Made by a program: the position numbers and the translations under genes. The notes under the pieces are model-generated. The model ran no database searches and had not been told where the DNA came from. It saw only the letters and a program-made list of their open reading frames with translations. Positions 13,518 to 25,014 of a stretch of 64,000 bases of DNA are shown here, piece by piece (the stretch's first letter is position 1; each line of letters starts with the position of its first letter). The DNA is from Octopus bimaculoides (Eukaryota), in the NCBI RefSeq assembly GCF_001194135.2, contig NC_068984.1, positions 36,995,971 through 37,059,970 of the forward strand, given 5' to 3'.

Positions 13518-13908
13518 TGTTGTTGGCACTCCGTCGCTTACGACATCGAGGGTTCCAGTTGATCCGATCAACGGAACAGCCTGCTCGTGAAATTAACGTG
13601 CAAGTTGCTGAGCACTCCACGGACACGTGTACCCTTAATGTAGTTCTCGGAGATGGGGATATTCAGCGTGACACAGTGTGACAAGGCTGACCCTTTGAAT
13701 TACAGGCACAACAGACACAGGAAGTAAGAGTGAGAGAAAGTTGTGGTGAAAGAGTACAGCAGGGTTCGCAACCATCCCCTGCCGGAGCCTTGTGGAGCTT
13801 TAGGTCTTTTCGCTCAATAAACACTCACAACGCCCGGTCTGGGAATCAACACCGCGATCCTATGACCGCGAGTCCGCTGCCCTAACCACTGGGCCATTGC
13901 ACCTCCAC
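13518..13908 (-). mobile_element. Full-length tRNA-derived SINE with 11-bp TSD (same family as 2663-3051)
   Basis: Aligns end to end by eye with 2663-3051, with A/B boxes and (CAA)n tail. TSD TATGTGTATGT at 13507-13517 and 13909-13919. Confidence 0.92.
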
Positions 13909-14982
13909 TATGTGTATGTATATATACACAAATATGTGCGTGTATGATTGTGCATATTAATTATCTGTACGTACCTGGTACTTCGTAACGCAAAGAAAAT
14001 ATACTATATAGTATACTAAATGTTTTTATAAGTCAGTACCACAGCGTACTGCGTCGAAGGGTCAACAAGCCTGAAACATGGTATATACGATCATTACCCA
14101 TTTTTTGTCTTCGATCACATTGTTTGCTTACATCTGATGATTCGATACGAAACGTTGTAGCAAAAATTAATACTGGCTATATGATATATAGAGTACCTGT
14201 AGAAATAACCTTAACACCTTAACAAGATAATGCGTAGGTACGTATGTTTGTATTTAATTATAGAATTACTACTGCGAGGATGTTATACACGTTTGTATTT
14301 TCATAAATGCATTGGCCCACATACACATGTACAAGAATATGTGCTCACCTATGCACATATCCAAGCATACTTACACAAATGCACACATATACACATACAC
14401 AAGCACAAACATGCATGTATAATCAAAATTTATGAATATGCAAATATGCAAAAATTATAATACGTTAAATGAAGAAATTATAAAAAATTAAAATAATTTT
14501 AAAATAAGGGAAGTCAGAATTTCAGAATGCAAAATTACGAAATTGCATATTTGCATTTTAGAGTCATGAAAAAAAGAAGAAAAGTATTCAATAATCATGG
14601 ATATATACAAAGATATAGAAATATAAAATCACAAAAATACAAAATTATAAATTTAAAAAGGAAAACATATCGCTGTATAAAATACAGAATTCAAAATTAT
14701 GAAAAGATTTTAATATTAACGAAACATGACAGCATTGTAACGATGTAAAATTAAAACTTACAAGAATGTGAACGTGCCAAAGCGTAAAAGCGTATGTGCA
14801 CATATACAGATTGTTATTGTCATACATTCACAGCCAACATGCAAGAGACATATGCTTACTAGAAGTGAAATTAGAAAATTGTAATAAAGATTGTGGAAAA
14901 TAAATTCTTCACAGTAGATTAAACGGCAGCTAGAATTTATAATACTATTGGAAATGTTGTTAGAGATAATATTGGCAACATT

Positions 14983-15023
14983 AATAATAATAATAATAAT
15001 AATGATGATAATAATACTAATAC

Positions 15024-15063
<40 letters not shown>

Positions 15064-15068
15064 AATAC

Positions 15069-15111
<43 letters not shown>
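14983..15111. repeat. (AAT)n microsatellite with ACT/GAT interruptions
   Basis: Read directly. Explains the poly-I and poly-L ORFs. Confidence 0.97.
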
Positions 15112-15112
<1 letters not shown>

Positions 15113-15603
15113 TTGGAAGTATTATCATGTACATTAATTTGTCCTGGTATAAAAGATAGGTTACAGCAAATATTCTGCTTAATACCACAGTTGTCAGTTG
15201 TTTGACCTTAACCAGTTGACCATATCCCTTGGTGGCTGACGATATGTGCATCTCTGATCATGAGCAGAAGCAGTGGGGGAGAATTATAGCCATGTGCTGA
15301 GAGGAATTCTTTGGGTTTGAATAATTCACCTTTGGAAACATGGGTGTTTTGCTCAACATCCTTAAACATTATTCAGGAGCTTTTGTGCGGGATGGGCTAC
15401 TCGACTTGAAGACAATTCTAACTGGGCCTCACCTACGAGGTCATGCGCTGTTTATCTTGATATGAGATCACCATGTCACGCACATATGGTTGTGATGCAT
15501 GTGCTTGGTGTATCCTTATCAGACGGGTAGCCATGATGGGTATGATGGGCTTCGTATATTTTACTGCAGTGTCACTTTGATGGCCTGCACTGCTCTCTCA
15601 GTC
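15112..15603. mobile_element. ~490-bp non-coding GC-richer element between two (AAT)n tracts (probable non-autonomous retroelement)
   Basis: Sharp compositional edges against (AAT)n at both ends and no convincing ORF. It resembles a common octopus interspersed repeat as I recall it (unverified). Confidence 0.5.
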
Positions 15604-15667
15604 AATAATAATAATAAGGATAATAATACTACTACTAATAATAATAATTATAACAATCCTTTGTACT

Positions 15668-15870
15668 ATAAGCACAAGGCCTGAAATCTGCGGAGAAGGG
15701 ACTAGTCGATTACATCGACTCCAGTGTTTCACTTGTACTTAACTTATCGTCCCCGAAAAGCTAAAAGTCAAATTCGATCTCGGCAGAATTTGAACTCAGA
15801 ACAGAAAGACGGACGAAATTCCGTTAAGTATTTTACTCGACGCGCTGAAGATTCTGTTATGTCGAAACCT
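15668..15870 (-). mobile_element. tRNA-derived SINE with Meta/MESC-like core, copy 1
   Basis: Core GTCGATTACATCGACTCCAGTG...TTATCG..CCCGAAA...GATCTCGGCAGAATTTGAACTCAGAAC is shared with copies at 15905, 21676, 34110, 37265, 42841 and 43013. The Meta/MESC label is from memory. Confidence 0.8.
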
Positions 15871-15904
15871 TTGTATTAATAGTAATATTGATTTCAAATT
15901 TTGG

Positions 15905-16100
15905 TTCAAGGCAAGCAGTTTTTGGGGAGCTGTAATTCGATTACACAGACCCCAGTGGTGAACTGGTACAAATTTATCGACCCCGCACGGATGAAAGACA
16001 AAGTGGTCCTCGGCGGAATTTGAACTCAGCATATAACGACGGACTAAATGCCGCTCATCATTTCGTTTGGCATGCTAGCGATTATGCCAGCTCACCGCCA
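15905..16100 (-). mobile_element. Same SINE family, tandem copy 2
   Basis: ACTGGTAC..ATTTATCGACCCCG..GGATGAAAG.CAAAGT...CCTCGGCGGAATTTGAACTCAG...GCCAGCTCACCGCC. Confidence 0.8.
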
Positions 16101-19100
16101 TTGAGATAATAATGATATTAAATTGCAATAATTGATCTAATCGACTTTTCCGCATCCAAAACATGCTAGCCTTGTTCTAAAATTTAAAACCAATAGCAGT
16201 GTAACTAGTGATAACAGCAATAATAGCAGTAAGAAAATCGAATCCAACCTCGATTGCTGGCAGCGCGCCTCAAGGAAAGGGCTTCGCTCTTGTTGGACAA
16301 GGTCAGTTTATCTTCACCTGTGAAATTAAGTGTTTTTAAAAAGTTAGTCTATAGCTCTTGAAATGTAATGCCCAAAGGTAGGAAAGTGTTAAAATGTGGA
16401 TATTTCTATAACAGTCAATCGCTGATTTGATTTTATTCCATAGGCGACGATTTCTTACGTCTTGATATATGAAGCATCTCATTCTACGAAGTTCATTATT
16501 ACTGGAATTTAATAGCCAGCAACAGCTTTAACAGTATAACTTTGAAATTTGGTTAATAATTTTGTCTGAGAGCTTGACTCTCTGCGGAGCGTGTACTGTA
16601 TCACTAATTTTGGACAATCAAAATATAAAATTTGTCAAAATACCACTGTGACGCTTTAACAAAACACATGGTAAGTTAGCAACATCCAAAGCAATACGAC
16701 GAATTCCAACACCAAATTTATAGGAGGCAGTCCTTTGACAACAGAGTCCAATCAATCTTCTAAAGGCCATGAAAGTCATATATACCCTCCCACTAAAGGT
16801 CGCTACCCCAATAACTATAACTTAATTGAAATATATAGAAATTCTTAGAGAATTGTCACTTAGCTTATATTCTTGGTGTTTTATTCTCCTTTCCTCATCT
16901 TCCTAACTTCTGGCAAGATAACAAGAAAAACAGATCAGTAAGTATATTTTACAAAATCCATATATGCACAGGATGGGTCAATAACTTGCATTGAAATACC
17001 CAACGCTTCCACACACCGATATGAACTGATGCTGTAACATTCACTAAAGTAGTATATGTACAGAGACAGAAATTGAACACATCTGTTCTTTCAATAGAAC
17101 GAATAAGGTCACTAAGCAGAATAACGCAGAAATTCTAAGCATATATAATATCCCACACCAACACCATAACCCATACACAGCAATAACAGAAGAATGGGGA
17201 TAGCTGTAATAGTAATAGTAAAAAGTATGTTACCGAGTACAAATTGCGTAATGTAATAACTGACATATTCAGCGGTGCAATTTCGATACATACCAACTAC
17301 ATCTATACAATCCGATGCTCATTTAAATCTGTTTGCATAGATCAGCGTCGTCTAATGGCATTGTTATTTTTTTTAGTCTTGTGTGGATCTATTTGCCTGA
17401 GTTCTATTCATAAGTCGGGTATAATAAGCACTATATAGGTGTAGTCTTGTATCCTACAAAGTAGTGTTTGTTAAGTGTAAAATTTGAATTTTACATATAT
17501 ATNNNNNNNNNNNNNNNNNNNNNNNNNNNNNNNNNNNNNNNNNNNNNNNNACATATATGTACATATATGTACATTGGGACATGGTAAAAAATCAATCCGA
17601 TCATTTCAAGGTAGGAATAAAGATATAACGGGAATGGTTGAAATAATATAATATATAAATAATATAATACAAGTGAAATATATATCCTGGTTGATAATAG
17701 TTCATGTTGAAGCGAGAAAGTATAAAATAATATAGATCTCGACGGTAATAATAAAATAATTCAGGATGATAAAAATACAGTATTACAGAATACAAAATAT
17801 GCAGCCAACAAACGCTAAACGCAGTAAATAATCTTAATTATTCGGTGATAAATGTCTTGAAATCAGAAATTTGGAAGAGTGTCTACATCAGTACAAAATT
17901 TCAGATTTATGATTAAATGCATATTTATTTTGAAACAAGATAATATATATTTCCCCTCAAGCACAATGATATTTCATAGATTAGCGCTTCGATCGATGAG
18001 AGATTGAATTGTAATTTTTATGCATATTTTAGTAAACTCGCTGATGACATGTTTCCGTGTATTTAAATGAATATTTGTGTAGATAATATCTCATTTTGAA
18101 GCTGTTTTTGTGGCTCTTTTCGTGTGTTTTATAAGTAATGGTATAAACGGTGTGGACCACAGCTTTAAAAACATGTCCTATGGCCAAGCAATTTCTTTTA
18201 AGATGGCAATTACTAAGGCCGCAGAATTTGTCTGGGCGATGTTGTAGAAAACGTTAAAATGTATCAAGTGCTCCGGTTCCTGAATTTTCCTAAGCGTTTC
18301 CTTCCGAAGTCTTTCCTACAGATGGTCTGGAATTCAGATTTTCTGTCACCTTAGTAGGTTGCCATCAAATCTAACGAGTTCTATCAGTTCAACTGACTAC
18401 TTAATTACTCGACAGCTGGGCTGGAAAGGAGCTACTACAACGGGTTAGGGTAGACCTAGGCACAATAGTAACTGATTGGTGCTACCACACAGGGGAACAT
18501 TCTGGAATTCCCGAACTAGATCCCCACTACTGGATGTAGTTTAATGTCATATCCAGGATTTATATACACACACATGCACACACGTGCACATGTACACACG
18601 TGCACATGCACACACACACACGCATACATATATATATATATATACACATATATCTTAAGCAGACTTGTAATTTTTATTTGTTATTATTTATTCATATTAC
18701 CATTAGATTTTACCCTTATTTTTTATCCCCATGTAAACGTGGATGTTCTGTTAGAATCGACTATACAGCGGTAGATACCACAAGAGAAGCTCTCGCATTG
18801 GCTTTTAGTGCAAAATGCACACTTGTTTATATCGGTAGCGGGAGATAAATCCCCGCCATCTCCAGCGCCGAGACCGTGAATTCGACTTTCATTCGTCTTA
18901 TCAATGAGGAACGCTCGACCACTAGACAAAGCAGCATCACATGTCTCCGCCAGCGATATATAGAAAAATAGTGCTAGAACAGGCGCTGGTGTCGAGATTA
19001 GCCAACGAGATGGTTAAACTACACATATATTAGCAACAGATGCATTGTTAATACCGAGAACTAACATGTTATCATTATGCTTTAACTATGAATACTATGA

Positions 19101-19888
19101 CAACATTTTGTTATTTTAGAATTGTTCTATTCTGTCCATACCTATTTATTCTCCTACTGATAATTAAAATTTTCCTCGAAGCTACTCTAGACAGGCGTTT
19201 CTCAGTTGATTTATGACACTGTATATAATACATGGTTTTAATTGTGCTCTACCTTACCGGCTAGACAATTGTCTGAGTATACAGACCAATTAAATCCAAC
19301 ATCTAAAATAATCTTCTTAAGTAATACACTAAACTTCCATCTTTACTATTCCAATGATCTGCACTTTTAACAGAAAATATGAACACCTCTCAAAATTCGT
19401 CTATATCTACATGTTGGTGAAATCATCCAAATTGTTCTTATATTAATTTATTCATAAATGTCACGACAAAATGACAATGGGGTTGCATTACATAATTAAT
19501 AATATATAATCAATATTACTTAATCATTGCTCATATTCATGTTTTCCAATTTACTAAAGGATTCATTAGTAAAGAAATAATATTGATACTAGTCCAATTA
19601 TTCTTCACTTGTTTTATATACATATATTCACATGTGTATGTGTATGTGCGATTTTAAGTGTACGCGTGTGTGAGAGGACAAACACCGATATTGATGCATT
19701 AGCTGAAACGTATGTATCCGTTGTGAATGGATGAGTATACGAATGTATGAAATGAGAATACGTGCGCGTGTAAGGAAATTATTCGTACATGCAATTAGTG
19801 TATAGGTTAGTGTATAAAGAAATAACCGATTTTTATGACATGTATTCACTACTTTTTCCGTTCTTTAGTCTAAATAAGTGCGCGCTTT

Positions 19889-19928
<40 letters not shown>

Positions 19929-20059
19929 TGTTTGTGTGTATGTGTCTGTCTATCTCTGTCTGTGTCTGTGTGCGCGCGTGTGTGCGTGAGTTTTCCTGTC
20001 CTTGATTGCAAATGAGTCAACAGCTGTCAGTTCAAATTTATTTACTCATCGTATAATTA

Positions 20060-20520
20060 AAAATACCACGCAATCCTAATAACCATCTCATAAGTGCCCT
20101 GTGATATTACTAATAGCAGACAGGATCTGTTTGCTCACAAGATCTTATTAAATTTTGGTTCTCTACTTTCTATCACTCGTTTTGTTTATTTGACTTTAAC
20201 TTCGTTGAGCCATTTCCTGCGCCTCCGATTCAGATCTTTTGTTGACATTAAATGTGATATCCCGTATCGTCAAAAGCTTGAGTTTCCAAGGAGTCCTAGT
20301 CCATAAAGCATCATTCAGCTTTATTTTCCTATCAAGAACCTTAGGAGTATCAATCCCTTCAATCGTTAACTTTGAGAAATGACCTTACTTGATTCTTCTG
20401 AGCCACATTACAATATGAATATCGATTTTGAACTGTGTATATCTCTAAATGCTAAGCTATGAATGTCCGTCATAATTTCTGTTCTTTGAATATATCTTGT
20501 AGCACAACATAGGGTAGTGA
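20060..20520 (-). mobile_element. Possible LINE remnant (RNase H and downstream region of an I/R1/LOA-like element)
   Basis: IQRTEIMTDI (weakly like FQAEI.AI) and KQILSAISNITGH (weakly like L...ITGH), with many stops. Confidence 0.22.
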
Positions 20521-21611
20521 TTTAATAATTAAAAGGCAGCCTATTTGTCTTGGATATTTTCATGTGGTTATTTAATAACTTATCAGAAAATCCTTCAGCT
20601 ACATTGTATAGAATAAAGCAAAATCTTACCATTGTCAAGAAAAAACATTCTATTCTTTGTAATTTGCTGCGTAAAAAGCAGTGAAAATGAAAATAAATCA
20701 AACACTTCTGGAGATTGTGCTGAGGAATGTGTAATTATCTCCAGATCCCAAGAAATTCAAACCAAAAATTAAAAAAGAACAGCAATATATATATATATGC
20801 ATGGATTTTCTTTTATTTCACATGCTTTCTTGGATAATTAAGAAATTTGTTAAATCCTTTGAAAACATTAAATTCACCAAAAAAGTATATTTTATTAGTC
20901 TTTAAAGAAGACACTAATTGGGTTCAAGAAAAAATATTCAGCAATGTGTAACGTTATTCATCACAGTTCTGGAAAAGTTCTAAATTAGTCTATAAGATTC
21001 TAAAGTTGATTTATAGGATGTAAACGTCATTAAAACCAAAATTAAGTCAAAACCAGAGCAAAGGGACGAAAGCTATAAACAACAAATCGCTCTAGTGCAA
21101 CTTGTGGTTGCTATATTTTATTTTTGTTCTTGTTATAGTTGTTATTTATTTATATTCCTGCTTTTTCGTTACATGATTAAAAGGAAATCAATAGAATCCA
21201 AACCAGCGAAAAAGGTGATTAAAAGGTGGAACGTTGCAACAAATCATTACTTTTCTTTTAATCAATTAACCTACGAGTGACAAGAAAAACATTACGAAAA
21301 AGTTATTGAAGAAAACTATATAATTAGGCATATACGTATATAAATGTGTGTGTGTATATGNNNNNNNNNNNNNNNNNNNNNNNNNNNNNNNNNNNNNNNN
21401 NNNNNNNNNNNNNNNNNNNNNNNNNNNNNNNNNNNNNNNNNNNNNNNNNNNNNNNNNNNNNNNNNNNNNNNNNNNNNNNNNNNNNNNNNNNNNNNNNNNN
21501 NNNNNNNNNNNNNNNNNNNNNNNNNNNNNNNNNNNNNNNNNNNNNNNNNNNNNNNNNNNNNNNNNNNNNNNNNNNNNNNNNNNNNNNNNNNNNNNNNNNN
21601 NNNNNNNNNNN

Positions 21612-21648
21612 TAGAATGTGTGCAGTACCCAGTAGTGCAATTTTCAAT
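21612..21648 (-). mobile_element. Extremely 5'-truncated R4/Dong-like element entering an N gap
   Basis: KIALLGTAHIL (the terminal R4/Dong motif) begins immediately after an (AAT)n run on the minus strand. Confidence 0.7.
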
Positions 21649-21675
21649 ATTATTATTATTATTATTATTAAAAAA

Positions 21676-21872
21676 GGCAGCGAGCTGGCAGTATCATTAG
21701 CACGCCGGGCGAAATGCTTAGCGGTTATAATCTTTGTCCATACGTTCTGAGTTCATATTCCACCGAAGTCGACTTTGCCTTTTATACTCTCAGGGTCGAT
21801 AAATTAAGTACCATTTGCGTTTCTGGGATCAATGTAATCGACTCGTCCTCTCCCCACAAATTCCAAAGAAAG
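21676..21872 (+). mobile_element. Meta/MESC-like tRNA SINE between two (TTA)n tracts
   Basis: Head GGCAGCGAGCTGGCAG, B-box-like GAGTTCATATTCC, core GAAGTCGACTTTGCCTTT...GGTCGATAAATTAAGTACC. (TTA)n on both sides. Confidence 0.85.
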
Positions 21873-22218
21873 GGTTATTATTATTATTATTATTATTGTT
21901 GCTGTTGTTGTTTCTTGACATGGCAAGACGTTTAACATATCACTCCTGTGTTTGGATTACATTTTGATCATTAAAAGAAAAAAAAAATGTGTTTTTAAAA
22001 AAAATTCTGTGTTGCGTTATGTTGAACGATTACGTAGATGGATGAGACTTTATTTCAGGCTTTTCCACCAAAACGGTTTGGGAAACCTTTTGGAATAACG
22101 AAATGTTGGTGAGTGATAATGGAAACAACTTTGCTAAAAAAAAAAATAAATAAATAAAAATTTTTTAAAAAATTGACACTGATACCAAAAATAAATATAT
22201 TGACAGATAATCTTTTTA

Positions 22219-22280
22219 AGGCGGTGCTCCAGCATGGCCGCAGTCAAATGACTGAAACAAGTAAAAAAAAAGAAAAAAAA
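22219..22280 (+). mobile_element. Isolated SINE 3' tail
   Basis: GGCGGTGCTCCAGCATGGCCGCAGTCAAATGACTGAAACAAGTAAAA plus an A-rich tail. Related tails at ~27475-27515 (-), 28935-28985 (+), 53725-53750 (-) and 60515-60546 (-). Confidence 0.75.
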
Positions 22281-22370
22281 AATTATGTAATATAAATGCT
22301 GTATATATATATGTTTATGTATATGTACCTGTGTATGTGTTGTTAGTGTTTGTGTGTTTGTGTGTGTATG

Positions 22371-22419
<49 letters not shown>

Positions 22420-23299
22420 GGGTAGTTGCGTGCGTGTACCTACGTATCTATATGAAAGCTGTTAAAAGAAAGAAATGGAAATATATTTGATGAAGTATCC
22501 TATAGTGTTTTCTAATGTCTTCTTACGATCTGAGATTAAATCCAAATGCAAAATATGTTAATGCCTACTACCCTCATGAGGGCGAGGAATTATTATATTT
22601 ATAGAGATGTTACAGATTTTAGTTTGCAATCCTAAAAGAAATTACAAATACTCATCCTGTGTGTGTCCATGTCTGTGTGCCTGGGTTCATGTATATACTC
22701 ATATAAATATACTCCATCTTTGAACTTCTGTGCTGTAACATCTGAAATGTAAGATCTTCTCTACCCTGATGACGGAGGCTCGTCTTATCCAATGTCAAAT
22801 GCATCGATACGGCCGCATATTGAGAGGAACTAAATCTACCAGCATTATCATGGATCACCGTAGAGGTGTTGGACTTATAATATCTTTCTTCCACCCCTTC
22901 AATTTTCTCTGTCGTTCTTAAGTTGGCTTTATTAATATAAATATCAATATATTTATACTAAAAATTCATCATCAAAAAGACCCTACCTTTTGCTTTTTGT
23001 CGTTTTACACGTGTGCATATATATTTTGTATCTCATACACAAACTAATATGTTTAATATATTTGATTTATCTAATTCGTTTATCCGCATAATTGCCTCTA
23101 TATTCATATATTAATAGATGTAAATATAGACGCATGCTTATATATCCATCTGTAGTTGGAAATGTAATACTAATGGCTTATTGCTATTGGAAATATTGTA
23201 ACAATTAACTTCTATATCCATTTGAATTTTGATGTATCACTGCTTTACATATTTCTATGTACGTGTGTGTTTGTGTGTATGTATATCTCTTCTATTTTT

Positions 23300-24780
23300 T
23301 TATTATTATAAATATTCCACTGAGGATGGAACCGGTTTCCAACAAACATCAAGGCTCCATCTTTGGGTTGTAGTTAACAGACAAATTCACATTTGGAACT
23401 TGAGAAAAGTCTTGCAAACCTTTACTGTTCCATTCACAGATTGGACTTGTAATGTGCAAATCAGCTGGTCAGTTCCTCTTTCTGAAAATCTCAGTTTATC
23501 CAGATTCTCCTTTAAGCATTAACTAACAAAACCTAGTGCTCCAATTATTAGTAGTATGAATATGAATTCATAGTCTGGATATAGAAGCTGTGGATTTCGA
23601 AGCAGTTGTCTTTAGATATCTTCATATCTGCAGGGCAGCTGACCTCTATGATGGTACATACCTTTGCCCCTCTGTCCCAAACAACAATATCCGGTCTGTT
23701 ATTCTTACATATGACAGACGTTTTGATGTGAATTCTCCATCAGTATTCATTGAAATTGTGTTTATGAATGTATTCCATAACAGGGATTTTCCAAAATTAT
23801 TTCAGGACAGTCTTTTTTGCGGATGGCATTGAAAATTGTTTTAGCAACAACATCGTGCCGCATAGGGAGGTAGTACCATGATGACATTTTAGGACAGCCG
23901 TTAATCACATGCATAATGTCTTCAACAGAAACATGACGTCAGGTACTTTGTGACAATCTCCTGCTCCTGGATTGCAAACGTATAGCTTTCAAAGTGTGAT
24001 GCGATATAATGGTCTTGTGTACAAGACAGGCTGCACCTTGTTTCAACTCTATCTTCTTCAAACTTCCGGGCAAAATACCCATGCATGGTCTTTTTTTTTT
24101 TGTATGCTAAGTGATTTCTATCCAGGTCTTCTCAAAAGTAAGAGAGCCCAGCTGTTATGGGGTTGTATAGGAGATCATCAGGAAGAGAATGTTTCTTTAG
24201 GAGTTCACTGCCATCTCGTACAATGTTGCTCACTTCACCTTTTAGTACTGCATTAAAATATATATATATTTTTTTTTTTTGCTGCTGTTGTTTAGTAGTT
24301 GCTGCCTGAGTGATACCATATGGCATTCGAAGACCATCTACACCTTCATTTCTTCTTAGGTTGTGCTTGTCAACATCACTGTTTCGGTGGAAGTCCCCAA
24401 TTGTCAGGATTTTGCGGGTTTTGATATCTATGGAGTGTATCACATCTGCAGACCAATCAAGTATCTCAAATGCTGGGATGAACGCTGGTACTGTAAATGC
24501 ATTGTGGGATATTGTTTTGTTGTAAGAGGAGAATTCTGACTGCCATATTTTCCTAAGTCTGGTGTAATACTTTCGGGTCACTCTATTTTTTTTCACAGTG
24601 CCTTCATATGATACATTTTCGTCTATACCTAGGCCATTCTAACATTCTTTGTGTGGAATGGGGAAGTAGAGAGATCGTCGATACATAGGTTTTGGGTTTG
24701 GGAATTGACTTTCCTCCTTCTATAACCAAATATGAACAATTCGTTTGGGCAAATTCCTTGCCTATATCAGCTGAACATGT
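23300..24780 (-). mobile_element. R4/Dong-like retrotransposon, 3' ~1.5 kb (distinct subfamily)
   Basis: RKYYTRLRKIWQSEFSSYNKTISHNAFTVP...IDIKTRKILT..FHRNSDVDK, AIQEQEIVTKYL, VEDIMHVINGCPKMSSWYYLP, LLRNPQLLYPDYEFIFILLIIGALG, TVKVCKTFLKFQM* (stop at 23387-23389). Confidence 0.88.
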
Positions 24781-24850
24781 TTTTTTATGCATGTATGTAT
24801 GTATGTATGTATGTATGTATGTATGTACGTACAGTGGATTGCACTATTAT

Positions 24851-25014
24851 ATCACGTGATTTAACCGTAAATTCGTTATAAACGACTTTACAAAGATCCC
24901 ACTGATTGTTGGGTAAGTGTTAAACTGTACCCTTTTTGACTGATTTTTAATGTGGCATTCGGTATTTAGCTACCTCGTGAAGATGATTACCAATATACGG
25001 TGAAATCACGTGAT
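24851..25014. repeat. Short inverted-repeat unit (MITE-like)
   Basis: ATCACGTGATTTAACCGTA (24851-24869) versus the reverse complement of 24996-25014 (ATCACGTGATTTCACCGTA): 18/19 identical. Same motif again at 40463-40478. Confidence 0.55.

Noticed and set aside
22652-22950. ~100-codon minus-strand open frame (KIEGVEERYYK...REDLTF)
   Set aside because: It resembles the CR1/L2 post-RT pattern KIE.VQRR.TK...Y..RL..L.L.SL..RR.R.DL, so a LINE remnant is more likely than an exon (not confirmed).
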